NCBI RefSeq assembly: GCF_964204645.1
Contig: NC_134025.1
Coordinates: 22,610,299-22,674,298, forward strand
Reading direction: 5' to 3'
Source: Tubulanus polymorphus
Taxonomy: Eukaryota; Animalia; Nemertea
DNA: 64,000 bases
Of this stretch, positions 13,701 through 27,300 are shown piece after piece; within the stretch, counting starts at the first letter, position 1; each line of letters starts with the position of its first letter. The notes under the pieces were generated by a model that saw nothing but the letters and a program-made list of their open reading frames with translations, was not told where the DNA came from and did not search any database. The position numbers were made by a program, and so were the translations under genes.

Positions 13701-15039
13701 AGTAGCAGTGGCTAGGCTAATAGGACCCTGCTTTACCTCAAGATACCAATCGCTGAAAAGTGAATTCTATTTGACCTAAATCTATATAATGATTTTCACA
13801 TAAGGAAAGGACTAATGTCCCAATGCTTGATGAAAGGCAAATCCCCTGTGTAGACACTGTATTGGAAATAGTTAGTTGATCTCATTATTTGATACGTAAT
13901 ATTTCAAAATCATAGCATAGCAATCTTTGCACTTTCAGGAACATCAATACGCCCGATGGATGGCGGCGTGTCGTTTAGCGTCGAAAGGAAAAACGATGGC
14001 CGATAGTTCCTATGACAGCGAAGTTCAGTCTATAACCGCATTTCTCAGCATGCAACATACGCCGAAAGACCCAGTTGTTACGCCTTCTCAGATCAACTTC
14101 AACGCTGAAGACTTCATCGCTCCTCGATTCCTGCGAAAACTGAAATCGAAACAGGTACATTTGCAGCGATCATAAGAATATCTTAAACCCATTCCAATAC
14201 CTGAAAGCGCTGGCATTTTTAAAAATTCCATCGAATAGCGGGCATACCGCTTTAGTGCATCTACACCATGGTGTGGTATATTGTTATATTTCACTATGTT
14301 TGACAGGTGCTGCCATATTTCAATACAGATAAAAACTAACTACTAATGATATCAATTTCACTGTGATGTGGTGTACTAGTAAACTCCATCACCGATTTAT
14401 ATGCTGCACTGCAAGTGTAGACACACTGAAAGGGTTAAAAAGCTGCTATTGCGTTCATTTCTTCATTTTTCGGACAGATTATTTCATTTATCTCTACTAC
14501 TTATTTCATTTAGTTGGCTACGAAGATTCTTGAGGCGCACGCTAACGTCAGGCACTTGGCGCTTGTCGATGCGAAAATGAGTTTCATCAAAGCTTGTCAA
14601 GCGTTGCCCGAATACGGGATCACGTATTTCATCGTCAAGTTCCAGGGATCGAAAAAAGAGGTTCGCGCATAATGAAACCAACGCGAGAACGAATTAATTT
14701 CAGCAACTGAATATGCAATCATAGCCTATGATATATTTTGTTTTGTAGGAATTACTGGGAATCGCTTCGAATCGAATAATGCGAATGGATTTGAATAGCG
14801 GCGACGCGCTGAAAACCTGGCGTTACAGCACGATGAAATCGTGGAACGTTAACTGGGAGGCGAAACTCGTGATCGTGGACTTCGAGGAAGAAAAGGTCGC
14901 GTTTGCGTGTTTAACGGCCGACTGTAAAATCATACACGAATTCATCGGCGGTTACATATTCTGTTCGATGCGATCGACGGACAAAAATCAGGCTTTAAAC
15001 GAAGAGATGTTCCACAAATTGACGGGCGGCTGGTCATAA
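7786..15039 (+). CDS. FERMT: Kindlin / fermitin family homolog (UNC-112-related FERM-PH integrin co-activator), 5'-partial
   Basis: Exons with AG/GT ends and consistent phases: 7786-8019, 9767-9996, 10692-10900, 11252-11354, 11682-11789, 12133-12314, 12593-12717, 13437-13543, 13939-14154, 14514-14660, 14749-15039 (TAA). Kindlin motifs: [26 protein letters not shown] (F0), GIRHPEELS, basic F1 loop [28 protein letters not shown] domain [12 protein letters not shown] and [24 protein letters not shown]3 MKSWNVNWE and [17 protein letters not shown]. The exon encoding the first ~50 aa was not found in 1-7785. Confidence 0.95.
9419..9670. mobile_element. MITE family C (long TIRs), copy 1
   Basis: ATCCTCCCTGGGCAGGGATTCAAACCTGATGGCAT..ATGCCATCAGATTCAAATCCCTGCCCAGGGAGGAT. 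Confidence 0.75.
10054..10374. mobile_element. MITE family B, copy 2
   Basis: GCCTAACTC..CTGAGTTTAGCT; shares GGTCACATAAGATC..TAAGACATAGAACATGTC..GATCTTAAGT..GCAAAAATTCCC with 3801-4211. Confidence 0.75.
12887..13174. mobile_element. piggyBac-type MITE (TTAA TSD)
   Basis: TTAA|CCCTTTCAGTGC..GCACTGAAAGGG|TTAA. Related partial copies at about 14250-14438 and 53265-53388. Confidence 0.85.
14250..14438. mobile_element. piggyBac-type MITE, degenerate copy
   Basis: TTTAGTGCATCTACACC..GTGTAGACACACTGAAAGGGTTAA, similar to 12887-13174. Confidence 0.65.
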
Positions 15040-16986
15040 TGTTTCGTTTCGTCGGGCTTCGTCGCACTCTGTTACGATATGTGTTGTTAAAACAATGCCG
15101 CGGCAGGAATTCGAAGGATCTATCCAGCTTTCGACAAGTACTAGAATTTAGTGGTCGTGTATCCGAAAATCGCTTTTTCATTCGCACAATGTGGGACGAA
15201 AGTCTACGTACATTACGTCGTAAGTGGATTAGTTAGCAATCCCGATGTTACTGCAATGCACGCGTAGCCACTGACAGTGCAATTTGGGCTTCGAGCTGCT
15301 TCACGGATCCATCGTTTTGTACTATAGCATCTACCTGTTAATATTAAAAAGTAAATGGGGCTGAAATAAATCTTACGCAAATCACTAATTGCAAATGTTA
15401 TACGTATATATTATATTGTTGAATATCTTGCCTGTGCTCTCTAATGTTTACCAACTTTCTATATATAAATCTGCTATCAAAGGTGCTTCAAAAATGGGCA
15501 TTGAACATGTCTGAATTGAATATGATGAATCGAATGTAATGATATAAGGAAATGCACTGAAAGAAATTGAATCTTTGATTGACATTCTGTTTGAAGACAA
15601 GATGTTGGTTATTACCTTCAGCACCTGGTTATGACTCAGTTGTGAATTGGATCAATCAGCTATTTGACAAATTTTAATGCAAAACAACTGCGGAACTAGT
15701 GCCAGGATAAGTGTATGAACATTGTAACTGAAAGGCTGATCTCAGCGATCTGAATTTTGATGTTATGAAACAGATATTCATTGTGTATGATTACTCCTGT
15801 GATAGGAAATATACTTTTGCGTTGTTAATACAGTGATGGTTGATGATGCCAGGGACTCGTAAGAATTTCGTTGTAGAGTCCATGATGATGCAAAGGGGGT
15901 TTTCCTCCGAATATTAATGATGGGTGCAATTTGTACATAGCAATTGGTATATACCGGTATTATCTCTAATTACCATTGGTACAGTAGGCTCTGCAAGTGA
16001 TGCAACAGATCTAACGTACCAGTACGTTTTTGGCAGGCAATGAGTTAAAAACGTTGGAACTGTAAATATTTTACTGAGTTGACCAGATACATTTAAGAGA
16101 TACTTAGGAAACGAGCAAAGTCTTCGCGATATTTATCTTTACTGATAAGAGAGGGTGAGTTTATAAGCGCGAAGTGAAAAAGTGTCCTCTGTATTTATGC
16201 AGTATCCCTGTTCAGTTTGAAAGTTGAAAGGTGTTGTGGGTCTAATGACTGAGCTGGGCATTTACGAATTTCCTTTTAATGCAAAAATGACTGTAAATAG
16301 AATTTTATCATTGAATATGTAAAGCGTTATTTTGTATTCATTACGAGAGTTACGTGTACGTCCCGAGTTGTTACCTAAACTATATATGGAAAAAAACATT
16401 AATTACAGAAGATTTTAATGTCTATATTGTAGTATACATGATTAATTATTTAGTTGTTAAAAATGCATGACCGATTAGAGATTTGTAGTTTATTGTCGAA
16501 ATTAACCCCTTTGATGAAGTGAGGTAATTTTAGCAGCCTTTTCTGTGCTGCTTGTTTGCGTGGAATATAATTTCACCCTTGCCAACGAATGATTAAAGCC
16601 AGCATATGCCAGGTTTTAATCCTGCTTTCAACAATTTTTCAGTTGGCTTATGATAAACTTGCTGTGACACATCAACACATCATGATATGCTGTTTAGTGT
16701 TTGCCTTACGTTTTTATGTTAAAATATGTTATGTACTAGAGCCTATGCAAGCACAGATTTTCTCTTCTATTTGTTCTTATTTTTCGAGAATATCCAGGGT
16801 GATTTTTAGATTGTTGGTATATTCACCGATGGTTGTAGGGCTATTTCATGCTACCATATTTCTGGATGTGGATCTGGATATGGTACGTCGACAGGAACCA
16901 ATTTTGGCATATGGTCGACGGGTATTTTATTTCTTTTGAAATTATTGCTGCTTTCCAGTTGGTACTATATTCTTGTATAAAAGTGA

Positions 16987-16992
16987 AATAAA
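16987..16992 (+). terminator. Candidate polyadenylation signal of kindlin (3'UTR about 2 kb)
   Basis: AATAAA followed by T-rich sequence (tttgcttgtcaatttttc) at the end of an AT-rich UTR-like tract. An earlier AATAAA near 15365 is an alternative. Confidence 0.4.
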
Positions 16993-17679
16993 GGGGAATT
17001 CAAATTAAGACTACCTAGTTTGCTTGTCAATTTTTCATATAATTTCTTGCTTAGGTTGAGACTGTTGAGGATGGCATGGAACATGATGGATTAAAAGGTG
17101 AATATTTATTAAAATCACATAAGTGGTACATTAATGTACACTGCAGCAAATGTACACTAACACTGCAGCAAAAACATTCTGTACAAAATTTCCATGCAAT
17201 TAAGAGATCGAATGGATAGACCAAGCATTTTGCGAATGGATCAAACAATGTGATCGTCTCTACCGCGAAATGAAGAAATCTGGCCAACCTAAGCTTAGAG
17301 TGAAATTAAGACAACCAAGAGATAAGAATTTACTAAGTCATTTCGGGACGAAAACGATGTGGCTTGATGAGAGACGATGAAATGGAAGCTTCTTGTTTAC
17401 ACTAGTTTTAAATCACATTAATTGCTGACATCTTTTACGACTATATATTTAGTATGAAAAAAACATCTTGATAAACCTGGCCCTTGAGGATGATAATACA
17501 AAATCAGTTCAACTGGCTTTTGGACTATGATGAACTATTTGGACTATATTTTGCTTCTAGAATTATTCAGATGTGAGTGCAGATTATCAGTCTGAACCGC
17601 TATTAAGCCATTTCCGTGTTTTATGGCTGATTCATTCCAAATCCTATACCGTATTTTATTTGCACGAATTTGATCACAT

Positions 17680-17852
17680 GACCATTCAAAATGGCGACTG
17701 ACCGTCGTGTTGGCACTTTTCGAAAAATATGTAACGATAACATGACTCAAAGCTAATCCTTTTGACTCTGCGGCAAAATATTGACTCCAAAAACCCTTAG
17801 CCCGACGCGATACAACATCATTTTGAAAATAAGAACGCGTTAGAAACGAAAA
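17680..17852 (+). promoter_or_regulatory. Probable TRIP11 promoter / 5'UTR with YY1-like AAAATGGCG motif
   Basis: CAAAATGGCG at 17687-17696, about 160 nt upstream of the TRIP11 ATG; this motif is common at housekeeping-gene start sites. Confidence 0.35.
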
Positions 17853-20800
17853 ATGTCCTGGTTAAGTGGTGGAATTTCATCACTGACTGATCAAATTTCC
17901 AATTTTACGAAAGAAGTGCTGACAGAAGGTACAGAGGAAGTCAGCGGTATGTAATTTTGGTAACTACTCGACGATATCACATAGTCATAGACTGCAAACC
18001 AAAATCATTTTGGCCAAACCCAATCTCTAGCAACAGCGGCGGGTTCAGCAAGCAGTATCCGGTCGGTCCATATGCCGGCCCTAATGCCCAGGGTTCAGAC
18101 TCACACGGGCCCCTATTATATTATATTTTGTCGAGGTCCCTTCGAGATTCCATCCTCATAAATTCTGAACTGAATATTTTGTGAAGAAAAATCAAATTAA
18201 GTAAGCTTGACGATCTGAAAAAATATCAATATTTTGTTGATCAGCCTTTAACTATGTAGTCTGTCTGTCAATAGTTCCTTGCCTGGTTTTAAAAGATGTA
18301 TTTTTGATCAACTGACTTGTATACCTACACAAAATATACTACATTTTCTTCACAGTCTTTCCTTCGTGCCTAAGATCCTCCCACAAATGGCCTATGATGT
18401 CAAGTTGTAGTTAGGCCTACCTAAACTTTGGTGATAAGCTTTTTTAATCGGATGGGTGGTTTTTGAAAATATCCGATCTTGAAACCACAGACAGGTTTCA
18501 GACTACTAGTAGACCCCCCACCCCCTTCCGCGAGTTATTCTAGTCAAGAAGTAGCCCGCAAAATCCATCATTTTCACATCTAAACCAAACCTCTTCCTCC
18601 TAACATGTTTTATTGTCAATATTATGTCTGTAGGTCAAGTGCTTGGCACGTAAAATTGTAGAATGAACATTTGTTTTTAATTTCTAAGATTGAAATATTG
18701 AAATTGAACTAATTCAACTTGAGATGTAGTTGATGCTTGATTTAATTCTAAAGTGGGTATCATTTGTCAGAACGAATGAATAACTGTTAGGCCTATAGGC
18801 CTATAGCTTTCCTTCTACAATTAAACTTGCAGAAGTTGGATTGTTCTAAATCTGAAAATCAACCAAATTGACCTTTATATTGAGGTCCACAATTTTCCGG
18901 TTCATTTTCCTGGTAAATTGTGTCTTAATCAGATTTTGGAAGTCAAAAACTCGCCTTCCTTCATAGGCCTACACAAAAAAGGGGCAACTTTATAAAAGCA
19001 ATTAATCCAAAATGGACAGGTAAAAGGTGCTTATTGATTTTCTAATTAGAGATACCACGCTTCAGATTTTTATTCATCAAAATCAGATTTTTTCAAAAAA
19101 AAGTCTGTTAACCTGACTTAATCATAGTGAGATTTCTCCCAGGTTGTCCGACTTAGCGACAAGATTTACTGTTATAAGAAGTGTAGTAAAAGTCATTAAT
19201 GATCCACTCCTTGCAATCGTATATTGGATACTGGTCTCACTTAATCGGAGAGATTTTTTGGAAATAACATTTGGTCTAGGTCCTCTCTTTCTGAGAATAA
19301 GATTGAATTGGAATTAAACCTCGATTCTAATATGTATGGATATGTGCGCGAAAATATTTCACTTTCACATCACGAAAAATTTCAATCAAGTGGATCGAAA
19401 GCTCTGGCAGGTTTTCAATTGATTCTGTATTTTCAGCGTTAAAAAATCTAACTTTATTGGATTATTATACGTATAAGAACTTATTTCAACAACTGATTGG
19501 GTTCAACTCTCTCAATACAGTCTTATTGCTGGAATATATAAGGCTATAATATCCCCAAATAATCCCTATTATTGTAAAAAAAAAACATGGGAATTTTTCC
19601 CACTCTAGTTCTACTCTAGACTGTGCTGCCATCTCTACAATTTCGTAATTTGACCGGAGAACGTATACCTAGTATACATTTCATAGCGTGATCACGATAA
19701 CCGTGCTCATTAAGCATCGAATTGAATTAAACCAATACGAAACCTTTTTCATCCCATAGCATATTAAGTATTCTGTTTGATCGTCTACTACGGATACAAT
19801 GCCTAATATTCGCTTTCATTGCAATTATTGATCTCATTTTCTCTGGGGTTTTCAACCTGCCTAGCCTTTAGGGTGAACAGACAGACAAAAATAGGGTTGT
19901 AATGAATTTCGCCCACAATGAAATATGCTACAGGAAGAGTTATAATCGACATTTATGTTGAACTCGTGTTACAGGATACAGAAAATAAGTGATCGGTAAA
20001 CTTGATTAAAGATGATATTTTCATTTTCAATATTGTTCGTCATCAGTTATATTTGAACTTGCCTGTCGAGCATTTGCCTCGTGGTATAAAAAGGGGTATG
20101 GGTAAGGTTTTCGACCATCTTGTGATACTGATATCTGTTATATCAACAGGAATAGGTATGTGCCAAATGCTGGCATAGATTGTGTCTTATCATATTTCAG
20201 CAGAGTCGAAAACTAGGATGGGACAATATATATTTCCAGGGGCCAGTTGCTCAAAAATTGGGTAGGGTTAACCGGTGGATAGTTGACATAGTCACAATTA
20301 CAATTCCATTGTTTCCACAGCATTTATCCGACAGTTATCTTTAGATAACATTTGAGCAACTGGTCACTGTCGGATATAGAAAATCATAGATTTAAACTCT
20401 TTAAAGGTTAACATGATATTATTCATGCTAAGAATGTCATGCTAATTGAGTAGTATTCATTGTGCCACTCCCTAATAAAATGATGAAATGTCTTGAACAG
20501 ATACAGCAGTATATATAGCGTATACATGTGAAGGTGATGAAGGTGAATTTTGAACAATTCTAAGAATAGAACGTTTGATACAATGCCAGGGTCTCTATGC
20601 CTCCTTGATTCTTTAAAGACTCCTTAACGGAAAATGCTACCTTCCTTTGATTTTAGCAAAATGCTCGAAACTCTTTTAAAACTCCTTCAATTTTGAGAAA
20701 TAGGCAACTAGAAATTTTTGTCTAGTTTGTAGTTGCACAGCCCAGGCTATGCCTAGAAATTGGTACAAATGGGACCCAGATTTTTTTACCCAATTAGGCG

Positions 20801-21358
20801 GTTACAAAATTAGAAACCGAGTTTAGATAGTGTATAGATAAAAATTTGCATACAAAACCAACGAAAACGAGGTGTAGGAGGAGTCTACTGTAATTTAGAT
20901 TTGAAAGTGATGCAAACACTTCCTCGGAATTAGAAATTTTCTTCTTTAAAAGTCCATGAAAACTCCTTATATCCAGGAATAACTGATCCGTAGGGACCCT
21001 GAATGCTAGTTGAAGAAATCTGAGCGTCTGCTGCCAATTTTCTCCACCACGTCATGATATATATACACGAAAGTGAATGTGCTATTTGTATATAGCCTAC
21101 TGATTTCACATCCTACTCAACGGAAGGAGATTTCATTTGTATTTGCAGACCATGTCACCGAACTCAAAGTTGCCAAGTCAAAGATCACCGACTTAGAAAG
21201 CCAGAATAATTTGCAAAAAAACGAGGTAAGTTGTTTTTTCTGAATCGCCGCCTTGGAACGTAAAAAATGTTTTGTCATTCACATTCGCGTATGTAAAAGA
21301 TAAAAGACATTTGATCCGAGATGAACAACTGGAAGTTTTCAGAAATTGATGCGAGTTG

Positions 21359-21392
<34 letters not shown>

Positions 21393-24300
21393 CGTATATG
21401 TACAATATGTATCCTTTGAAATGCCATATGTTTGAATAATGAGGGGCACATATTGATTTTGAAGCAGATGCAGTTTGATACTTGACCAATTTCCAATTCT
21501 GGCATATGATTACATGCGCTTTCCCGCACATATTTCTCATCTCATTTCGGTATCATAGTAGAATTTTTAATTAATTAATGAGCGCCATTTCGCTTAACCC
21601 TGGAGTTTCCGAAAAAGACCGTGTCTAAAAACTTCAAAGATCTCATTTCATTGGCTCGTAGCTTTTATTAGATTATGCGGTATAGTTCCTTGATTACGGG
21701 TATATATCAATTCAGTGCATTGTAGAACCCGGTAGTTTGCGCATGATCAAGATAAAAGTTTTAGGATATTCCGGTTTTTTTTCACCAGCAATCTCAATTA
21801 ACTATAAATACCCAGTCATTGATACTTGTCGGCATTTTATTAAATATTCTGTTCATGAATGAAATTGAATAAAGCCCAACGGACCTCAAAAATATTGTTC
21901 CCAAAACCACGTTTTTCGTTTCTGGAAAAACGCGTATGACACAGAGAAAGGCTAAGAAATTTGTTTCCTGCTTGTGTATTCCCTGTTTTGTGTGCGCTGG
22001 GCTAAAACTATCAAATTTTGAGACTTTTCAATAAGAATGAATAATCAAGCGTGCCAGCATTTGTTGCGTTTTTAAGCGTGCGCGTCGTGTAACCAGATGT
22101 TAACGGTTTGCAAGTTTGATTCTTAATTGCAGAATGAAAGGTTGAAACATCTGATAGCTGAATTGGAAGTGAAGAATCAGTCTCTTGAATTACAGAATAC
22201 CCACATATCTTCGGAGTACAGAGCGATACTAGATAACAAAGAGGTATATATCAAGGGCGAATTCGCGTGTGAAGTCACTGAAACAGAATTGATGATTTCG
22301 GCTGATTGTTTCTTCTCACGCCCACCTGCCTTGACAATCTTGTCCAGTTCAGCAATACCATCACAGAACTGGGCGATTAACCCCTCAAAATCTTAGATGT
22401 TTTCAAAATGCACTTTACTTTAAAAAGTTTCTTGAGGGTGGACCAATTGTGTCCTCCAGTCACAAATGACCAGATACACTGCTGTATGTGCATTGAATAC
22501 TGGTCATTCTTAATTATTGATTAATTTACTTCTGCTTTTCATGATTCTTGACTCTCGAAATGGCTCCTGCCTTGAAATTGTGCATCTTCAGTTATTGCTC
22601 TCCCAGTAATCGCTCTCCTTAAAGCGGAAAAACTGCTTGATTCGAACTGGAAATTTGCTTCAGAATTTTGTTACCATGATATGATAGGCCTTATGTTTTG
22701 AGTTTAAAACCATATCTTCTATTCCACATTTTCTTAAGGCGCCTGTTCGGCCCATCGTCGATGCGACGCATCTCGTTCGAAAAACCCATAGCATAACCAG
22801 ATCGTGGGCGTCCCTGACCTTGGGGTTAATGAATGAGATCTGTAGTCAGGACATTTCTCGTTCATTTGGTTTGCCTCGCGTATTGCCACGTGACACCTTG
22901 TGTATGACTAATTCCTGGAAATTTGTATTCAACGTATTAAAAATCGTGGACCTTGGCGCCTATTCGGCGAAATTCAAGCGTTTTCGACGACGCCGTTTAT
23001 TCCATCGGCGATGCTTAGCAGCCGAAACAAACTCGAACCGATTTTTTACCGACGGTAGTCACTATAAATAAAGACAAGCTTTCAATTGAAATATAAAGAT
23101 TCTTAATTTAGTTCTCGTTCTGGGGAATGAATCACGAAAAGTGTGTATGCTTTCATATCTTCGTTAGAATTCGACGGGTTCAATCGCAGCTGCACGGGAG
23201 TTCCGCGATGAAGATTTTCTTCTTTCATGTTCACGATTTCTGGACTTCTCTCGATAATCTATTTGCGATAACTTGCCTAGTAACCGAGTAACTCTTGATA
23301 GTTCAATGGTGTTTGCATGAACCGGTAAAATTTGGTGCCTTTTTTCATGGATTCGATGGTAGGAAATTTGCTACAGATTTTAGAAAAAGGTCTAGCTTCT
23401 CAGTTTCCATCCAAGTGTCTGGTGAAAACTCACAATATAATGAAAAAACTAGATGAGAATTTGATGTTTCGGCCATCTTTTTGGACATTTTTAGAATATG
23501 GTGCATAGAATTGGGTCAAAAAATCACATTCTAAAGGGCACAAATTGGCGCAAGAGAAGAAAGTAAACTTAAATGTGCACTGTTTTCATAATCAAGGGTA
23601 TAAAATGTGTGATGTTTTGATCAGTGAAGGGCATTCGCCTACTATCGAATTTCACCATGAGATTTTCTTTAGCCATTGTCTTGCCCGCATGTGAAATTGG
23701 CCTTTTGCCTAGGTTTGGACCTGCCCTTTAGAAATCCTGGCTATGAGCCAGTTATACCATTTCGGATGAGTTATTTCATTTGCCCGCAAGTCCTGTTTCT
23801 TATTTCATCGCATTTTGACCACATTTAGCGTCGTTAGAGATGATTTCTCTTCTTGAAAACGTTACTGAAATAGCCACGGATAAATGAGCAAGATTTGATT
23901 AAACTGTTAAGTGGCTTGATGCACAAAAGTTGTGGCCTATTGGATATTTTGGACATATTCTAGCATTTTTCACACCTGTAGCCAATATTTATGGTAATTC
24001 CGCATTCATCTGTCTTGGCAATTATCGGATACTTCACATTAAATCCGATATTGAAATAAATTATTTTCATTCTATAATTGTGTCAATTTTTATCAGCAAT
24101 TTAATCCATTTGTAAAACGCAGTTGAGTACTTTTAATTACAAACAGATGGGGCCTACGTTTTGGATTACTGTCTGTCACCTGCTTCAAGGCATCTCTCTC
24201 TCTCTCTCTCTTCAAACTTGGAACTGCACCTGGTTTTTGGTAATAGAAATTCTAATTAAAACGTAAAAATTACGGAGGACACTAATGGTCTAGAATTTGA

Positions 24301-27300
24301 TAACGCTCGTAACGAATGGATTTTCTCATCTCCCCTCTCCTTGCTCTTTCTTCTTCGCTTCTCAAATTATGGTTTCCGTTTACATTTTTAACTCTGCCTC
24401 CTTTAAGTCTATGAATGTTAAGTCGCGGTCGTCTTCATATTTTCAAGTTGAAACCACCATTCAAACCCTGAAACTGCCATTATAGTCTCACTGCCCTTAG
24501 CCTCACTGCCCGGTTCAATTTTTCAATTTGATGATAAATTCGAGTTGATAAACGATAGAATGAATAATCATGGTCATGAAACTTCACCATGCATAAGACC
24601 TAAATCACCTTTGCGAGGATACAATGGTTCGTCTTGAACTTTGAAAAAAAAACTCAAATGGACAGTGGTGAACATACCAAAGATGTTTCATATATAAAAC
24701 CTCTGATGAATCTTTGAATTTCAAGTTTTCAACTGGATTCAGCGTGCTTCAACTTCTGCCTCATTTACTGAATTTAAGAATTTTAAATTCAGCAAATGTA
24801 AAGTCGCAGGAATCTCTTACCGACAATTCTGCACGTTTGTTTTAAAGATTTCATGAGGTCAAAAGTAGGAATAAGAAAAACTGAAGACCACTGCTTTAAG
24901 TTTGGATGAGGTCTTGAGATTTTCTACGTATTTCTCTCAATTTGCATGCATGTATCTTTTCACGCTAATGGTAAACTACACATTGTAAAAAAAAAAATGA
25001 TATGCGTCCAAGAGAAGTATTTTCGGATATGTAATCAAAGTCGCGAAATGAGGTCGCATTACAAAGGCGGCAGAATGTATCCCTTAGGCTGTGCATTGAA
25101 GCACTTCCACTTTATTCAAGTATTTTATTTGTGTTCATAATTGGACATTTGGATAATCGCATTTGAAGCGATTATCGGAAAAAAAATGAGACGTTTGCTT
25201 TCTTTAGTCTGGTTCTTTTTTTGGGAGGGGGATAGTTTACGGAATGTTTTACTTCTACTCCGGTGCCCGTGTGACGATATTTTGGCTTGTTTGATTTTCC
25301 CATATCGCGACGCGTCATTTCTTGTATGTAACTATAGCAGCGGCGAAGCCACGATACCTTCGGGCCTGTCACTGACGATGACAACGACGGAGTTACTCGG
25401 CGGGTATGAACCATGTCATCTGATTGGTCGAATGTCACTTCCCACTGATATCGAGTTAATCTTAGAGCAGGTATAAATACTCACCCGACTCGTGCTGGTT
25501 TTGCAGTGGTTTTAATTTTTTTCATCGGGACGAGACGCATCGTCGTTTCGCGTTGTTCCGTTTCTATCCGTAGTGATTACGTTTTTTTTTCAACTTATTG
25601 TCGTCGCTGATGTTGTCGGTTGCAGGTTGAATTGAACTTGTTGAAACAGCAACAACACGAACTGCAAGAACAACAAAAGTTGGCGTCGTACTCCAGTCAT
25701 CATCATCATCATCAAGCCCAGTTCTCAGAAGATGAGCCCTACCAGTCTGACTACGGTGAGTATCATTGATTCCTACAATAGCTGTACTACTGCCCAACTC
25801 TAACTCAATTGAGTGAATTCTTTTTTTCTAATTTTCATTTTGGATGTTGATTCTCAATTCTGTATTTAACATTTCTCAATGTTATCGATGAATTGAACAG
25901 ACCTCTCCTCTTAGACGTTCTTTCTTAATCATTAATAGCCATTACATGACTTTTCATTCGACGCGGGTAACCTGTTTGTTGCCTACGAGAATATTTGGTA
26001 CAACGAAATTTGGCTAGAGCCGGTTATGAATTCGTGTGGGTTGACCATCAAAGACAGAATCACAGTTTAGTACCGGTAGTTGAGGTATATCGCCCAGGGG
26101 AATGTAGAAATTATTTTTCAAAATATCCAACGCGGATCAGCACTGTACTTTCATTTAACGTACGATAATAACCTTTTCGAATATGAAGATTCAATTGAAG
26201 GTTCAATAATTCGTAATGATTACGATCGGATCAGCACTGTACTTTCATTTAACGTACGGTAATTACCTTTTCGAATATGAAGATTCAATTGAAGGTTCAA
26301 TAATTTGTAATGATTACGATTGGATCAGCACTGTACTTTCATTTAACGTACGGTACTTACCTTTTCGAATATGAAGATTCAATTGAAGGTTCAATAATTC
26401 GTAATGATTACGATCGGATCAGCACTGTACTTTCATTTAATGTACGATAATTACCTTTTCGAATATGAAGATTCAATTGAAGGTTCGATAATTCGTAATG
26501 ATTTCGATAGGACAGAGCTGATGAAAATTTTCTATCTTTTTTTTTCTATCTTTGAAGAAAACACTTTGTGGGAATATGTCATTGGTCCTCGCATTTCAAG
26601 TTTTAATGATCATGAAATATGCAGCAGTGTATGAGAGACATTAATAAAGCACGCATTTCTTTACTAACTAATCACGTCTTAAGAAAAGATATCGTGTCAC
26701 AAATGCAAATGATTTCTATTATTTATCGAGAACTGAGGCCGGTTTTGTGTTGTAGATTGGCCATTAGTTTGTGTATCACTTTGTCGCAAATTTTTTTAAA
26801 GTTATTCTCATGTTACCATGGCAGTAAGCCCTATGGTATGTAGTTTACTCTGTGGCATAATGATAATATACCTGTCTTGAAAATTAGCTCTTGTATGTAT
26901 ATATAGCACCTTTGAATTCTGAGTCACGTTCAATTCCCATCCTCAGTGCGAATTTTATGATTCTTGAAAAATCTACTGATTACATTCATCGGAAGAGTGA
27001 TACTACTACGTCGTGTATCAGAAAATTGATTTCATTTTCCAAATTAGATCGAAATGAGGTACGAAATTATCTAAAATATCTTTTATGTTTGACAGTGCCA
27101 GTCATCGTATTGGGTTCAAATCCAATTGATATTGAATTTTGCTTCAACTCAAACAAATTAGAAGTTGTGCTAGTCATATCATATCAGGCTTGAATCTCCC
27201 TCCGATAATGAACCATTTTTTTTTCAATTCAATGATATTCCCTTTAATTTGCATATCAAGCCTAAGAGTTTTTAGGCAGAAAACATGTTATCGCTGCTTT

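Noticed and set aside
15040-16990. miR-216/miR-12 target sites in the neighbouring kindlin 3'UTR
   Set aside because: Only an isolated 6-mer (GAGATT near 16480) was noticed, as expected by chance in 2 kb.
17527-17595. C/D snoRNA-like ATGATGA..CTGA pair
   Set aside because: No terminal stem adjacent to the boxes, no recognisable rRNA-antisense guide, and not inside an identified intron.
17544-17860. About 100-codon open frame on the minus strand, divergent from TRIP11
   Set aside because: No in-frame ATG before the upstream TAA, no recognisable homology, and it overlaps the TRIP11 promoter/5'UTR.
26133-26508. Regular repeats resembling a CRISPR array
   Set aside because: The units are contiguous with no unique spacers, the context is a eukaryotic intron, and there are no cas genes.
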